Sequence record: OZ413489.1
Direction: 5' to 3' (one strand)
Source: a phage
Length of the DNA: 64,000 nt
The translations under genes and the position numbers were made by a program. Shown piece by piece: positions 37,219 to 47,831 of this stretch. The notes beneath the pieces were generated by a model. That model was not told where the DNA came from, searched no databases, and was given only the letters and a program-made list of their open reading frames with translations. Within the stretch, counting starts at the first letter, position 1. Each line of letters starts with the position of its first letter.

Positions 37219-37718
37219 ATAAACGGCGGCAAGTCTAAACGGTTTTTCTTATCCCACACAAAATATGCATATGCTTGCCCGTCAGTTCTGCCGTTTGATT
37301 GAAATGATGGACGCTTAGATATTGTGATCACAGTAGTAGGTGCATTATCAAGCCACCATTCAAATCTGGCTTTGCTTTCCAGAAAATTAAGACGCAAAAG
37401 CATAATAACTACGTCAGCATCTTTCAACGCCTTGTCTACAAACTCACGAGCCAGGCTGTATGGTGGGTTGGTGATAATACAGTCAACATGGTTGTATTCT
37501 GTATTCAGATAGTCAACACCTTCTTGTATTTCTCCCCATGCAGATCCTAACGGCATACGGGAGTAGAACACACCTGAGGCACTATTCCTGCAAGGCTCTA
37601 AGTAGGTCCAGTCTTCTGGGAACGGAATAAGGTCATACAGCCCTTCTGCACACCACTCCGGTGTCACATACTCATCGTAGGCGTTACGTTGTTCATCAGG
37701 TTTTCGAGCACAAGTCAT
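37185..37718 (-). CDS. DNA N6-adenine methyltransferase (small phage Dam-like)
   Basis: 177 aa; catalytic motif CIITNPPY. Confidence 0.7.
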   Translation of the reverse strand: MTCARKPDEQRNAYDEYVTPEWCAEGLYDLIPFPEDWTYLEPCRNSASGVFYSRMPLGSAWGEIQEGVDYLNTEYNHVDCIITNPPYSLAREFVDKALKDADVVIMLLRLNFLESKARFEWWLDNAPTTVITISKRPSFQSNGRTDGQAYAYFVWDKKNRLDLPPFMWLAPPEVDLK

Positions 37719-37736
37719 GCAAATCTCCAGATCATA

Positions 37737-37758
37737 AAAGCCCTCCGAAGAGGGCTTT
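37737..37758 (-). terminator. bidirectional-looking rho-independent terminator
   Basis: AAAGCCCTC-CGAA-GAGGGCTTT flanked by A/T runs. Confidence 0.6.
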
Positions 37759-37769
37759 AGAATTAATGT

Positions 37770-38819
37770 TTAAGCTTCTTCGACAATTCCTGCACCCAGG
37801 ATTTTTTCATTGAGCTCTTTTGCTGTTTTAATAATATTGTCCACCAGACGCTTGCGAGTCTTATCTTTTACCTTAACCTCTTCACCGCCGTTTAGGGTTG
37901 TCTTCAATTGGGACAAAATGTCTTGAAGTTCAACGACAGAGAATCGCTGCAGATCTTCTGAGGTAATCTCACCTAAGGCAATCTTAACGGTCTCACCACT
38001 TTCCATCTGCAGGTTCAGGAACACAGTGTGAACATCCCCTTTCGAACCACCCGCTTTTGCAGATTCAACAGCATGAACTAACTCATCTAAAGATGTGCAC
38101 TGGTGAATCTCCGGAAGACCTGCTTCACCTAACACGCCTTCTTCATCACCTTTTGCCAGAAGCTTTTTCGGTTTTTGTCCGTTCTGGATGCGTTGTATGT
38201 TGCCTTCATCCAGAATAATAGCTCCAGTGCGTGCTGCCAGCTCTTCTCCGTCCAACCACACTTCGCCACCAGCTGTGATGGATGCGATCTCATCTTCTGT
38301 CAGCACCCCACCGTAGTATTTTTCGATCAGGCGTTCAAAACGTTTTTTCCAGTAGCTGACCTGAGTATTCATGTTCACACCGTTACCATAAGTGCCACCT
38401 TGATAGTAGTGGAACATAAACTCTGTGTCCGGAGCCACAGTACGTTCTTTGCAACCCAGCCATAAGATTGTTCCCGCAGAGCAGCACATCCCTTCCGCAT
38501 GTGCAACAACGCTTGCCTGAGACTCGCGGAATGCCTGCAGATAAGCCATCGCAATGTGCACGCAACCACCAGGGCTGTTAATGATCACTCGAATGCTTTC
38601 TTCAGGCTGAGCCATACGGATCGTCTGCAGGCGAGACATATGATCCTGCAGGTCTTCCAAATCGTCGATATAAAGAACGTGGTCAACAACAGGTGTTGGG
38701 TAGCTGTATGTTTCCATGATACCGCCCGGCATACCAAACATTTTATTACTCATAGGTTCGAAACCGTTCTGTTTCTCTTTCATGCCGTGTACCATGGTGC
38801 TGCGAGGTGTTAAATTCAT
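37770..38819 (-). CDS. ClpP-like serine protease (S14 family)
   Basis: 349 aa; VIINSPGGCVHIAMAYLQAF and GMCCSAGT resemble the ClpP core. Confidence 0.6.
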   Translation of the reverse strand: MNLTPRSTMVHGMKEKQNGFEPMSNKMFGMPGGIMETYSYPTPVVDHVLYIDDLEDLQDHMSRLQTIRMAQPEESIRVIINSPGGCVHIAMAYLQAFRESQASVVAHAEGMCCSAGTILWLGCKERTVAPDTEFMFHYYQGGTYGNGVNMNTQVSYWKKRFERLIEKYYGGVLTEDEIASITAGGEVWLDGEELAARTGAIILDEGNIQRIQNGQKPKKLLAKGDEEGVLGEAGLPEIHQCTSLDELVHAVESAKAGGSKGDVHTVFLNLQMESGETVKIALGEITSEDLQRFSVVELQDILSQLKTTLNGGEEVKVKDKTRKRLVDNIIKTAKELNEKILGAGIVEEA

Positions 38820-38879
38820 GAGAAATCCTTAATATTGGAAGTTGAAAGCTATTTATTTAAACCTGATTCACATTTACCT

Positions 38880-39191
38880 TTATTTAGCAATCACTATGGA
38901 ATACTTACGATTGTCAGAAGCATCACAGCTCAATGATTGCCAGTCTACCACATACCACGTATCATTGTCAACAATTACTTTATCGCCTGTTCTGTAGCAA
39001 GTGCTGCTTTCAATAATTCGAGACTCGATAAAGAATCTGTGTCGGCGCTCACGTAGCAACGCTAAGTTAATTATATTACCACCGCTGTCCTTGGTCCACA
39101 CATTCTTGGATCCCTTATTTGCCAAAATTGTCTCGCCGTTATAGACAAACAGGCAGTATATTTTATTCAGTTTCTCTTGTATTGTAGCCAT
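38880..39191 (-). CDS. hypothetical protein
   Basis: 103 aa ORF. Confidence 0.5.
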   Translation of the reverse strand: MATIQEKLNKIYCLFVYNGETILANKGSKNVWTKDSGGNIINLALLRERRHRFFIESRIIESSTCYRTGDKVIVDNDTWYVVDWQSLSCDASDNRKYSIVIAK

Positions 39192-39219
39192 ACTGTCCTT
39201 CTCTCTGTTTTGTCCGATA

Positions 39220-39248
39220 ATAATATCTAAAGCTTACCTATTTGTCAA
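39220..39248 (-). promoter_or_regulatory. sigma70-type promoter on minus strand (TTGACA-17-TATTAT)
   Basis: Upstream of the 38880-39191 gene. Confidence 0.5.
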
Positions 39249-39292
39249 CAACTGTTTTAGATATTTAAGGGTGGAATAACCACCCTTCTGTA

Positions 39293-40081
39293 TTACTCGG
39301 AAACAGGGGTCCAAATATGATTTGCACGATCCTCAATAAGATTGAGTGCGATCTGACGACCCAACCCAGAACGAACGACATCGTCTGGACTATCAAAGCT
39401 GATCATTCCAACCTCAGGATCTGGATGACGAGTAAAGAAATCCGTCACCCATGCAAGGCCAGATTTACCAGGGATGTCACGTTGGCTATTATCACCCATA
39501 ATTACAAGGGTGGCTTGATCAGAGATCCTTGTGATAATTGACAACATTTCTTCAGGGTTAGTTTGCTGTGCCTCGTCAATCAGGACAAAGCATCGCTCAT
39601 CGAAACTACGACCACGAATGCTTTCAACTTCACAAATCTCGATACGACTGTTCTGACCGTCTCCCAGCATTGCGGCAAAAGCACCTTTGCCAACACGACG
39701 ACAAATCGTGTCCATCATGCTTCGAAGATAGGGCCACAGTTTCTGCATTGCATTTCCGGGTTTAAATCCTGAAGTCTTTCCTGTCTGGACGTAAGGACGT
39801 GCAACAATGATCTTATCAATCTCATTCTTACGCAGAAGATCACCTGCATATGCAGATGCCATGAATGTCTTACCGGATCCAAACACACCGTTTACAATAA
39901 TAATCTTACGTGACCCTAGATAATCAAGATACTTTTGCTGCTTTTTATTCATTGGTCGGAGAGCTGGAGCGGTGTGCTCTCGTTCGTCAGCAAATTTCTC
40001 AGCAGCCTTACGCAGGCGATCAGATTTGCGAGCCTCTCTAGCTTCATCACGCATGCGTTTTGTTTCTTTAGCTCGACCCAT
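39293..40081 (-). CDS. phoH: PhoH-like ATPase
   Basis: 262 aa; Walker A GVFGSGKTF and PhoH-like architecture. Confidence 0.75.
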   Translation of the reverse strand: MGRAKETKRMRDEAREARKSDRLRKAAEKFADEREHTAPALRPMNKKQQKYLDYLGSRKIIIVNGVFGSGKTFMASAYAGDLLRKNEIDKIIVARPYVQTGKTSGFKPGNAMQKLWPYLRSMMDTICRRVGKGAFAAMLGDGQNSRIEICEVESIRGRSFDERCFVLIDEAQQTNPEEMLSIITRISDQATLVIMGDNSQRDIPGKSGLAWVTDFFTRHPDPEVGMISFDSPDDVVRSGLGRQIALNLIEDRANHIWTPVSE

Positions 40082-40119
40082 GTTGGGACTCCTTTCAGAT
40101 TGAGATGTGCCAAGTACTT

Positions 40120-40470
40120 TTACTGCAACAGTTTTTCAATAGCCGCTTCCATGCTGCTTGCAACAGCCTGAACTCGGATATTCATCTCTTCTTGGTGGAT
40201 CAGCTCCTTAAGCTCTTTAATGGTAAATTCTTTAGAGAAACCTTCCACCATAATCTTGTGCAAGGCTTCTTGCGTGTCTACTTGCAAGAACTTTTCCAGT
40301 TTGTTGGCAGAGGCTTCTAAATCAGCCCGAATACGAGGGTCATCTGTGCGATTCAGCATTAGGCGTAAGCCATCAAGATTAGTAGAAATAGCGTCTGCAT
40401 GTTGAGTAACTAACCGTGGCAAAATGAGATCTACAAACTTATTAGCCAAATCGATACGTTCTTGTGTCAC
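40120..40470 (-). CDS. hypothetical protein
   Basis: 116 aa ORF (GTG start in track). Confidence 0.45.
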   Translation of the reverse strand: MTQERIDLANKFVDLILPRLVTQHADAISTNLDGLRLMLNRTDDPRIRADLEASANKLEKFLQVDTQEALHKIMVEGFSKEFTIKELKELIHQEEMNIRVQAVASSMEAAIEKLLQ

Positions 40471-40610
40471 TGTTGCACCCCCTCTTCATCCTCATGATAT
40501 TTCTTTTCACGCTTGTGTTTTTTCTTAAGCTCAAGCGCAATCTCTTTTTTGTACGCCTTCTTCAAGGCTTTTTTAGCCATTTGGCACCTCCTCTGCTCTC
40601 ATTACGCTAA

Positions 40611-40640
40611 TTATAACCAACTTAACAAAGCTTTGTCAAC
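40611..40640 (-). promoter_or_regulatory. sigma70-type promoter on minus strand (TTGACA-18-TATAAT)
   Basis: Just downstream of the nrdG stop. Confidence 0.45.
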
Positions 40641-40642
40641 GA

Positions 40643-41116
40643 TTAGTCAACCTGAACCCAACCATCTGCTACCTTTTTAAACATTCTTTGGTTATCACTA
40701 CCTCTGAATGGTTTTTTGGTGGGGTTATCTTTTTCGTACTTACCATCCATAATGTAATCGACACTATCTTTAATATAATCTGGGACTTCTTCAAACAAAT
40801 ACCCTGTGTACACCCAGATAGTTTTTGTGTTGCCGAAGCGTTCACGGATAGCGAGAATGATCGAGTACATACCATCGATATTGTAAGGCGCTAAAGGTTC
40901 GCCACCACACAATGTAACTCCGGTAATATGTTTCGGCTCTATAGAGTGAAGTATACTCTCAATTGTGTCATTTGTTAACGGTTCCCCTTTAGCGGGTGAC
41001 CAAACACTTTTGTTTTGGCAACCAACACAGTGATGTGGACAACCAGAACAGAACACCGTTGTCCTAATGCCTGGGCCGTCAACCATGCTACACTCTATAA
41101 TATTAACAACATTCAT
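40643..41116 (-). CDS. nrdG: anaerobic ribonucleotide reductase activating protein (radical SAM)
   Basis: 157 aa; Cys cluster CSGCPHHCVGC; upstream of nrdD. Confidence 0.8.
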   Translation of the reverse strand: MNVVNIIECSMVDGPGIRTTVFCSGCPHHCVGCQNKSVWSPAKGEPLTNDTIESILHSIEPKHITGVTLCGGEPLAPYNIDGMYSIILAIRERFGNTKTIWVYTGYLFEEVPDYIKDSVDYIMDGKYEKDNPTKKPFRGSDNQRMFKKVADGWVQVD

Positions 41117-41349
41117 TCCTTACCCTCTTTGAGGTAGGGATATTCAGGCCCACAATAAGCTCTATCTAAGAAAACAGCTTCTTCCCCTCTGGAATCAGTA
41201 GATCTATAATACCCATCACCCTGGTAACTAACGAACCAGTAGCACCCATCATCGCTTTCTACTGTTGTGGCTCTGTCCGAATGAAAGATAATTTCGTAAT
41301 CCTTGCCGAATGTAAACCATCTGTTAGCTTTTACACAGACACCTACCAT
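41113..41349 (-). CDS. hypothetical protein
   Basis: 78 aa ORF between nrdG and nrdD. Confidence 0.45.
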   Translation of the reverse strand: MVGVCVKANRWFTFGKDYEIIFHSDRATTVESDDGCYWFVSYQGDGYYRSTDSRGEEAVFLDRAYCGPEYPYLKEGKE

Positions 41350-41500
41350 AAGGAACCTCTCTTCTGTGGTGTGCTTCTATTCAAGATAAACTTATAAAAG
41401 TCCATTTGATGAAGCCGTATAACTTTTTATACTTACGCTTCAGTGCTAACAATTTTATCTTGAGTTTCTTGATAGATTTCCGCATTTCGACCCCTTATGC

Positions 41501-41617
41501 TTATAAGTACTCTGCATCGCATTCAGGACAATGCCAAATAAAATCGTCCAGTGCCTTGCACCAACGAAGATTGCAACGACAACCACACTTGCAAATTTTA
41601 TAAATACCTTTAGACAT
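41501..41617 (-). CDS. small Cys-rich zinc-binding-like peptide (38 aa)
   Basis: ATG ORF below cutoff with strong RBS GGAGGTACAGT; CxCGCxC...CPEC. Confidence 0.35.
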   Translation of the reverse strand: MSKGIYKICKCGCRCNLRWCKALDDFIWHCPECDAEYL

Positions 41618-41680
41618 ACTGTACCTCCTAGCTCACTGTGTGTCAATAATATGCCACATCCTTGTGGCTTTTGTCAAGTA

Positions 41681-43804
41681 TCAGCAAATACAACTTCCAT
41701 AGTGCTTAACTCGCTCGATAACTTCCGCTTGCTTACCTTTATTGTAAGGACGGGAGTTAGGACTGGAAAGGTATCCAGACACACGTCGAATTACACTGAT
41801 CGTTCCCTCTTCATGGTTTCCACACTCTGGGCATACAAAGCCTTTAGCTGTTGCACTGAACTCACCAGAGAAACCACACTTGAGACATTTATCCACAGGT
41901 TGGTTAATACCAAAATACATAATATGTTTATATCCGAAATCAACAAGAGTTTCCAAAGCATCTAAGTTGTTTTTCAGATTTGGTGTCTCTACGTATCCGA
42001 TGTTGCCACCAGAGGAGATCATAGCAAAACCTTCCTCATACTCCCACTTATCAAAAGGAGAGCTACTGATCCATACTGGCTGATGGAAACTGTTGGTGAG
42101 ATATTCATGCTCGTGCTTCAACACTTCCGGATATTCACGATCCAGACAGGTTGCAGCTTTATAGCATAGACTTTCAGAAGGGGTGCCGTACAAGCTAAAT
42201 GCTAGTCTACTTTCCTTCTTGTATCTCTCACAAGCATCTCTCATGTGCTGAAGGATTCCAAGAGCTAAAGCCTTGTCACCCTCTCTGCCCAAAATCTTAC
42301 AGGTTTCATACACACCAATATACCCAATACTGATGGAAGCGTACCCGTCATAGAAGAGTTTATCAATACTCTCTTCAGGATCCAGGCGAGCAAGAGCGCC
42401 TTCACACCACATGATAGGGTTCTGCCCTGCCTTGGTGCCTTTCAGACGGTTAACCCTTACAAGGTGAGCTTCATATGCCAAATCCAGATACTCGTCAAGA
42501 ACGGCAAAGAAATCAACACCTTCCGTCTTAGCTTTTGCCGCAATCATTGGTAGGTTAAGGCTAACAACACCCAAGTTGAATCTGCCGAGGTATTTCTCCT
42601 CACCTGTTTCCAAGTCATTGTATTTGCTAAGAAAACTCCGGCAACCCATACTCGTTACTTTGCCATCTGTCGAGCCTGTCACTTTACGATTTAGTGGAAC
42701 AGAAACAAAGTCAGGATAAATCCGCTCTGCAGAGCATTCCAGAGCTAATCGTTTCAAATCATAGTTGGGATCTCCAGGGTTCATGTTGACACCCTCTTCT
42801 AGGAAGAACAGCACTTTAGGGAACACAGGTGTGATACGTTCTTCACCAAGACCCATTTTGTGGACTTTCAAGTAGTTTTTGGTAATCATTCTACCAAAGA
42901 CTGAGGTGTCCAAACCTAAACTCAATGTGATGAATGGAGTTTGCCCGTTGACAGAAGTTAACGTATTGATTTGATAGAGCAAAGTCTGCATGCTGTCAAA
43001 TACGTCTTTATCTGTCATTTGCATTGCAACAGTCTCAGCATCTGGCAACCAATGTTCCTGGCAAAATTTAAGGTTCTTCTCATAAGTCGCCTCAACATAC
43101 TGTGCCAAATAATGGTCAATATGGCTCATAGTCTGACCCCCATATTGAGCACTAGCTACTGCACTAGAGATTTGGCTAAGGATTGTTGTTGCAACCCCTA
43201 TTGACTTCGGCTTACTGACATGGGCGTTACCAATGTTGAATCCGTTTTCCAACATATCTGGATAATTTACCAAACAACAGTTTGTTAACGGACTGATCAA
43301 GTAGTCAAGATCATGCACATGGATGAAGCCTTTATTGTGCTCTTCTGAGACACGGTCTGGCAGGATCTGTGTTGATGCAAGGTGTTTGCTAAGGATGCCT
43401 GCAAGCAGGTCACGATGAGTGTGTACATGATTGGTAGGCTTATTTGCGTTTTCTTTTGTAAATTCATCACAAGTTCGATCCAAGAAGCCACTAATATCTG
43501 CAAGCAGTTTTCCACCTGCCTCTCTGTTATTATCTCTTGTCTGTCTATACTGGATGTATTCTCTGGCTGCACATTTTAAACCCATATCCATAAGAGCATC
43601 TTCAACAAGGATATGGATATTTTTTACAGAGATCGTGCACTGGTCGGTTGGTAGATTGTTAGCAACAACTTCATTAACCGCACAAGCGATCCGGTAAGCT
43701 TCTTCTTCAGTATGTCCAGACTCAAGTAAGGCGGACTCTGCCGCCTTGATCACCTTAATTCCGTTATAGACCTCTTCTCTACCGTCCCGTTTTACAACTT
43801 TCAC
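41681..43804 (-). CDS. nrdD: anaerobic ribonucleoside-triphosphate reductase
   Basis: 707 aa; N-terminal ATP cone; C-terminal glycyl-radical motif RRVSGYL; CxxC zinc site. Confidence 0.85.
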   Translation of the reverse strand: MKVVKRDGREEVYNGIKVIKAAESALLESGHTEEEAYRIACAVNEVVANNLPTDQCTISVKNIHILVEDALMDMGLKCAAREYIQYRQTRDNNREAGGKLLADISGFLDRTCDEFTKENANKPTNHVHTHRDLLAGILSKHLASTQILPDRVSEEHNKGFIHVHDLDYLISPLTNCCLVNYPDMLENGFNIGNAHVSKPKSIGVATTILSQISSAVASAQYGGQTMSHIDHYLAQYVEATYEKNLKFCQEHWLPDAETVAMQMTDKDVFDSMQTLLYQINTLTSVNGQTPFITLSLGLDTSVFGRMITKNYLKVHKMGLGEERITPVFPKVLFFLEEGVNMNPGDPNYDLKRLALECSAERIYPDFVSVPLNRKVTGSTDGKVTSMGCRSFLSKYNDLETGEEKYLGRFNLGVVSLNLPMIAAKAKTEGVDFFAVLDEYLDLAYEAHLVRVNRLKGTKAGQNPIMWCEGALARLDPEESIDKLFYDGYASISIGYIGVYETCKILGREGDKALALGILQHMRDACERYKKESRLAFSLYGTPSESLCYKAATCLDREYPEVLKHEHEYLTNSFHQPVWISSSPFDKWEYEEGFAMISSGGNIGYVETPNLKNNLDALETLVDFGYKHIMYFGINQPVDKCLKCGFSGEFSATAKGFVCPECGNHEEGTISVIRRVSGYLSSPNSRPYNKGKQAEVIERVKHYGSCIC

Positions 43805-44079
43805 TTTTTCTCTCCAAAACCATTCTTAACAAAAGAGATGAAATCGTCGGCACCGCCTATATGGACACTTTCAAGATTGCTTTCTAAGAAGATCTGCGGC
43901 AACGTTCTGGGTACGATTGGACTGCACTTCTCAATAAGCTCTTCTTTTGTGTAACCCTCGCCAAGTGTCTTATATACAAAAGGCAGACCTTTACTGACTG
44001 CAAATTCTTTTGCTCTTACACAATGTGGGCAGTTATCTTTACCGTAAATAATAAAGAAAAAAGATTTTTCACAGCTCAT
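43801..44079 (-). CDS. glutaredoxin / NrdH-like redoxin
   Basis: 92 aa; active site CPHC; between nrdB and nrdD. Confidence 0.7.
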   Translation of the reverse strand: MSCEKSFFFIIYGKDNCPHCVRAKEFAVSKGLPFVYKTLGEGYTKEELIEKCSPIVPRTLPQIFLESNLESVHIGGADDFISFVKNGFGEKK

Positions 44080-44082
44080 GTA

Positions 44083-45171
44083 TTAAAACTCCCAAATTTC
44101 TTCTTCAGCGTCATTAACAGTTGTGTTGACGCGGTAGTCAGTGTTCGACATTTCTTGGTTCGCCGTCTGTTGCAATGAAGGTTTCATCCACACCTGCATA
44201 AACGGTAGAGGGTCCTTTGTTGGCGGCACAAAGTCTTTGTCGATGCCGTAGTAATCATAAATCGGTGAGCAGTTATAGTCAACCCATTCTTTAAGCAACG
44301 GTGAGTTAAGACCTATAATCGCTCTTCCTTCGCTGAAAATATAGTCACTCCAACCGTACTCTTTGGTTCGTACTTCATCAAGAATCTCTTTTAACTCCCC
44401 TTTTATCTCAAGGAAGCTTTTCTCCCATGCCGGATCATTAAGCAGGATATCAATGATGGCAAAATCACCTTTCGAGTGTAGCATTTCGTCAAGCATGATT
44501 TTTTGAACAAGCTGCGCCACCTGAACAAAAATACCCTGTTCAGCTACTGCGAAAGTGCATGCAAAACTTGCAATAAACTCAATACTTTCCAGGGCTAAAA
44601 GTGCAAAAAGCGCTCTAAGAATGCATTTCCGCACAATATCTTCTTCAACACTAGAAGGATCCAGTCGGTATTTTGCACCAATAACCTCAAGCTCTTGCAT
44701 GTATTTGACAATAACGCCAGATCTGCTCAGAACGTTTTGGTTTTCCTGAATCTCTTCTATAATCTCACGGGCATTGGGGAGGCATTGTCTAACAATCTCT
44801 GAGTAAGTTAGTGCGTGAAGAACTTCAATCTCTGACTGTTTCATCAATAGAGTGAAAAGCTCACTATTAGTGATGAATGGTGAAAAGAGGCAGATGATCG
44901 ATCTTGCCGCAACGCTATCAGCCTCCCATTGCCACATCAAGGTCTGCACCATCACGTCATAAGTTGACTTGGAGCATGTTACAAAATCTGAAATAGATTG
45001 CGACAAATCCACTTCATCCTCTGCCCAATCTTGCTCTTTTTGTTTTTTGTATAGTTCAAACAGTTGTGGATATTTTTTGTTGATAGAGTCATACATACCC
45101 ATTTGCTGTCCTAGAAACAGCGGATAGTCACCAGTTTTATGAGCGGTGTTCTCAGCATTAAATACAGCCAT
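44083..45171 (-). CDS. nrdB: ribonucleotide reductase class I small subunit
   Basis: 362 aa; ferritin-like helices with E..H pairs; downstream of nrdA. Confidence 0.75.
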   Translation of the reverse strand: MAVFNAENTAHKTGDYPLFLGQQMGMYDSINKKYPQLFELYKKQKEQDWAEDEVDLSQSISDFVTCSKSTYDVMVQTLMWQWEADSVAARSIICLFSPFITNSELFTLLMKQSEIEVLHALTYSEIVRQCLPNAREIIEEIQENQNVLSRSGVIVKYMQELEVIGAKYRLDPSSVEEDIVRKCILRALFALLALESIEFIASFACTFAVAEQGIFVQVAQLVQKIMLDEMLHSKGDFAIIDILLNDPAWEKSFLEIKGELKEILDEVRTKEYGWSDYIFSEGRAIIGLNSPLLKEWVDYNCSPIYDYYGIDKDFVPPTKDPLPFMQVWMKPSLQQTANQEMSNTDYRVNTTVNDAEEEIWEF

Positions 45172-45184
45172 TATTCTAACCTCT

Positions 45185-45208
45185 AAAATGGGGCCGAAGC
45201 CCCTTTAA
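45185..45208 (-). terminator. hairpin between nrdA and nrdB (possible attenuator)
   Basis: GGGGC-CGAA-GCCCC flanked by AAAAT and TTTAAAA. Confidence 0.45.
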
Positions 45209-45210
45209 AA

Positions 45211-47526
45211 TTATAGTGCACAACTTTCGCAATACGGATCTTCAACCGAACTATCTGCAATCAAAGGGTAGTTCTTTCTGGTTTCATCTTCAGCCTGTTT
45301 CTTGGCATGAAGTTCCTCTGCCAATGAGTCACCAGCACCAACCCTGGAGTTTAAATAATACCATGTCTTCATCCCGAATTTAGTGGCACGGATAAGGTAC
45401 CCTAGCTGCTCCTTCATTGAAATTTTACCATCTTTCAACTTGGTGTAGTCTATGTATAAATCCGCGCTGATTGCCTGACCTGTAAATTTTTGAATCACAG
45501 CATACATATCGATCATGTCGTTAGTATCAACGTCCCAAGCCGAGGTGTAATACTCTTTCAACTCATCATAGTCAGGAACGATAAACAGCACCTGCCCTTG
45601 TGGCGACTTTTTAAAGATAATGTGCTCACGGACAGGATAAACCCCGTTAGTGGTGTTTGTTGCCAGCGAAGAGCTTTCATTAGGCATATATGCTTCAAGA
45701 ACGCTATTACGTAGCCCACCATTTTCAATGATTTCTTTACGTAACCCTTCCCAATCCTGTTTAAGAGAAGGATCTTTCACCACGCTATCGACCTCTTTGT
45801 TATAGGTGTCGATTGGTAACCAACCTTCTGGATATTTTGTTTTATGCATCCACTCGCAGACACCACGCTCTTTTGCCAACCGTAAACTTGCCTTATGCAA
45901 GCTGTAGCTGTGAAGTTCTGCAAGATCGTGAACAAGCTGTTTACTTTCAGGAGATCCGTAAGTAACCTTGTGGCTGGCAATAAAATGTGCAACATTGGTA
46001 AGGCCAACCCCGATGGATCTGCGTTTTTTAACTGTGCTTTCCATATTTTCATACGGATATGTCATGATTTCCATAACATTGTCAATCATAAGCACCGTGT
46101 AGTATGCAACATCCTCATACTCCTCTGGAGTAACCCTTCCAGCTACAAGAGATGACAGGAAGCACAATGCAACCTCTCCATCATCAGCATCGTACTTGAA
46201 GATATTACGCATATCTGAATAGCCTTTTGTAGGGAGGGCTATTTCTGCACACAGGTTACTTGAATAGATCACATCTTTAAAAGGTGTATGTCTATTCATC
46301 TCATCTGTCCAGTATACATACAGCCTTCCCACCTCAGTACGCTGCGTGATCAGTTCAACAGCAAGATCTCTGGCTCGGATCCATGTTTTAGGAATACTGT
46401 CATCTTTAGCAATACGATCAACCTCTGCATCAAACTCCTCCATAGACATGGTGAAGATACCCTCATGCAGTTGAGGAGCGTGCTTATAAGAAACAAGCAT
46501 CCAATCTAAATTCTTAGCCACACGGTTGATAAACGACCTATTAATACCGATGGAGTAGTCCATGGTGTTGATTCTTTTTGAAGCAACAGTCATAGGGTTT
46601 CTCAAGCGGATTAGCTCATCAATCTGCGGGTCTAGTGCAAGGAATGATACTGTTGCAGAACCGCCACGTGATTGTTGTCTGTTCTCCTTAACACCAGCAT
46701 CAATACCTCGATAATATGGAATCTTACCCATGTGTTTAATAGTGTTACCGCGAACACCATCACCTGCAGATCTTGATGATAAATAGTAGCCGATACCTGC
46801 TTGGTTAACCGTCATTGTGTACGCAACTTCACGTGCCACACCAATAGATTTTGCTGTATCGTCAGCTTTTATTACACAACAAGATGCATACCCTGTCTTA
46901 CCTGTGCGCAGCCCGTTTAAGTACGGTGTCGGGGCATTGATCTTTAAGTCGGACAGATAAGTGTATAATTTTACAACATCGTTGATACGACGTTCTTTTG
47001 GCATATTCTTCATGACAGCCATTGCTATCCCCATAAACATCATCTGGGGAGATTCAAACAAGGTGTCTTTAAGAGTATCCTTGATCCCGTATTTGTCGCG
47101 AAACTGTTTAAGGACTGCATAGCCATAACCGAGATCTTTACTGTGGTCAATAACAGCGTCTAAAGTGTTTAGCTCGGTAAAGCTATATCCCATATCCTCC
47201 CAATACCCTTTCTCAACCATGTCGTTGTAAAATGATGGTAAGGAAGGGATCTTTGTAAACCCTCCAAAAGCCTCTTTATAAATCTGACCAATAAGAACAC
47301 GACCAGCCATACGGGAATGTGCTTCGTCTTTACGGCTAACACAGGAGTCTATGATAGCTTGGTTAACTTCTTTGGTTGTACATCCATCATACAGTCGTTT
47401 GTATGCATCCAGTGCAATATGTGACCAATTGCCGTTACCGTCGTCACCGAAAATAGCTGCCTTATTTAAACGTTCTGGATCGAATGCCACTTCACATCCG
47501 TTGCTTTTAATTACCTTGGTGATCAA
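45211..47526 (-). CDS. nrdA: ribonucleotide reductase class I large subunit
   Basis: 771 aa; N-terminal ATP cone; active-site region NLCAEIALPT. Confidence 0.85.
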   Translation of the reverse strand: MITKVIKSNGCEVAFDPERLNKAAIFGDDGNGNWSHIALDAYKRLYDGCTTKEVNQAIIDSCVSRKDEAHSRMAGRVLIGQIYKEAFGGFTKIPSLPSFYNDMVEKGYWEDMGYSFTELNTLDAVIDHSKDLGYGYAVLKQFRDKYGIKDTLKDTLFESPQMMFMGIAMAVMKNMPKERRINDVVKLYTYLSDLKINAPTPYLNGLRTGKTGYASCCVIKADDTAKSIGVAREVAYTMTVNQAGIGYYLSSRSAGDGVRGNTIKHMGKIPYYRGIDAGVKENRQQSRGGSATVSFLALDPQIDELIRLRNPMTVASKRINTMDYSIGINRSFINRVAKNLDWMLVSYKHAPQLHEGIFTMSMEEFDAEVDRIAKDDSIPKTWIRARDLAVELITQRTEVGRLYVYWTDEMNRHTPFKDVIYSSNLCAEIALPTKGYSDMRNIFKYDADDGEVALCFLSSLVAGRVTPEEYEDVAYYTVLMIDNVMEIMTYPYENMESTVKKRRSIGVGLTNVAHFIASHKVTYGSPESKQLVHDLAELHSYSLHKASLRLAKERGVCEWMHKTKYPEGWLPIDTYNKEVDSVVKDPSLKQDWEGLRKEIIENGGLRNSVLEAYMPNESSSLATNTTNGVYPVREHIIFKKSPQGQVLFIVPDYDELKEYYTSAWDVDTNDMIDMYAVIQKFTGQAISADLYIDYTKLKDGKISMKEQLGYLIRATKFGMKTWYYLNSRVGAGDSLAEELHAKKQAEDETRKNYPLIADSSVEDPYCESCAL

Positions 47527-47831
47527 TTTGCTTCCTCCACTTCATCAACGTATTTATCAAGGCAGGTATCAGTATCTTGCTGGATAAAGGTATCCTCTTC
47601 TACAGAGATATTTATAATTTTGCCTGTATACTCGTCATAATAAACATCATCATACATTTTAATATCGTTTGTCAGGCCGTTGAACCAAAGCCAACCAACA
47701 TACTCTGACCGACTTGCAAAACCAAGATCCTTCCACTTGGAGTTATGACTCATCTTCACCACCTTAGCTTTCAATACCGAATAATTTTTCCAGGCGATGC
47801 AGATCTTCAAAATTGAAAGGTTCATCAACAA
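47523..47831 (-). CDS. hypothetical protein
   Basis: 102 aa ORF. Confidence 0.45.
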   Translation of the reverse strand: MLMNLSILKICIAWKNYSVLKAKVVKMSHNSKWKDLGFASRSEYVGWLWFNGLTNDIKMYDDVYYDEYTGKIINISVEEDTFIQQDTDTCLDKYVDEVEEAN

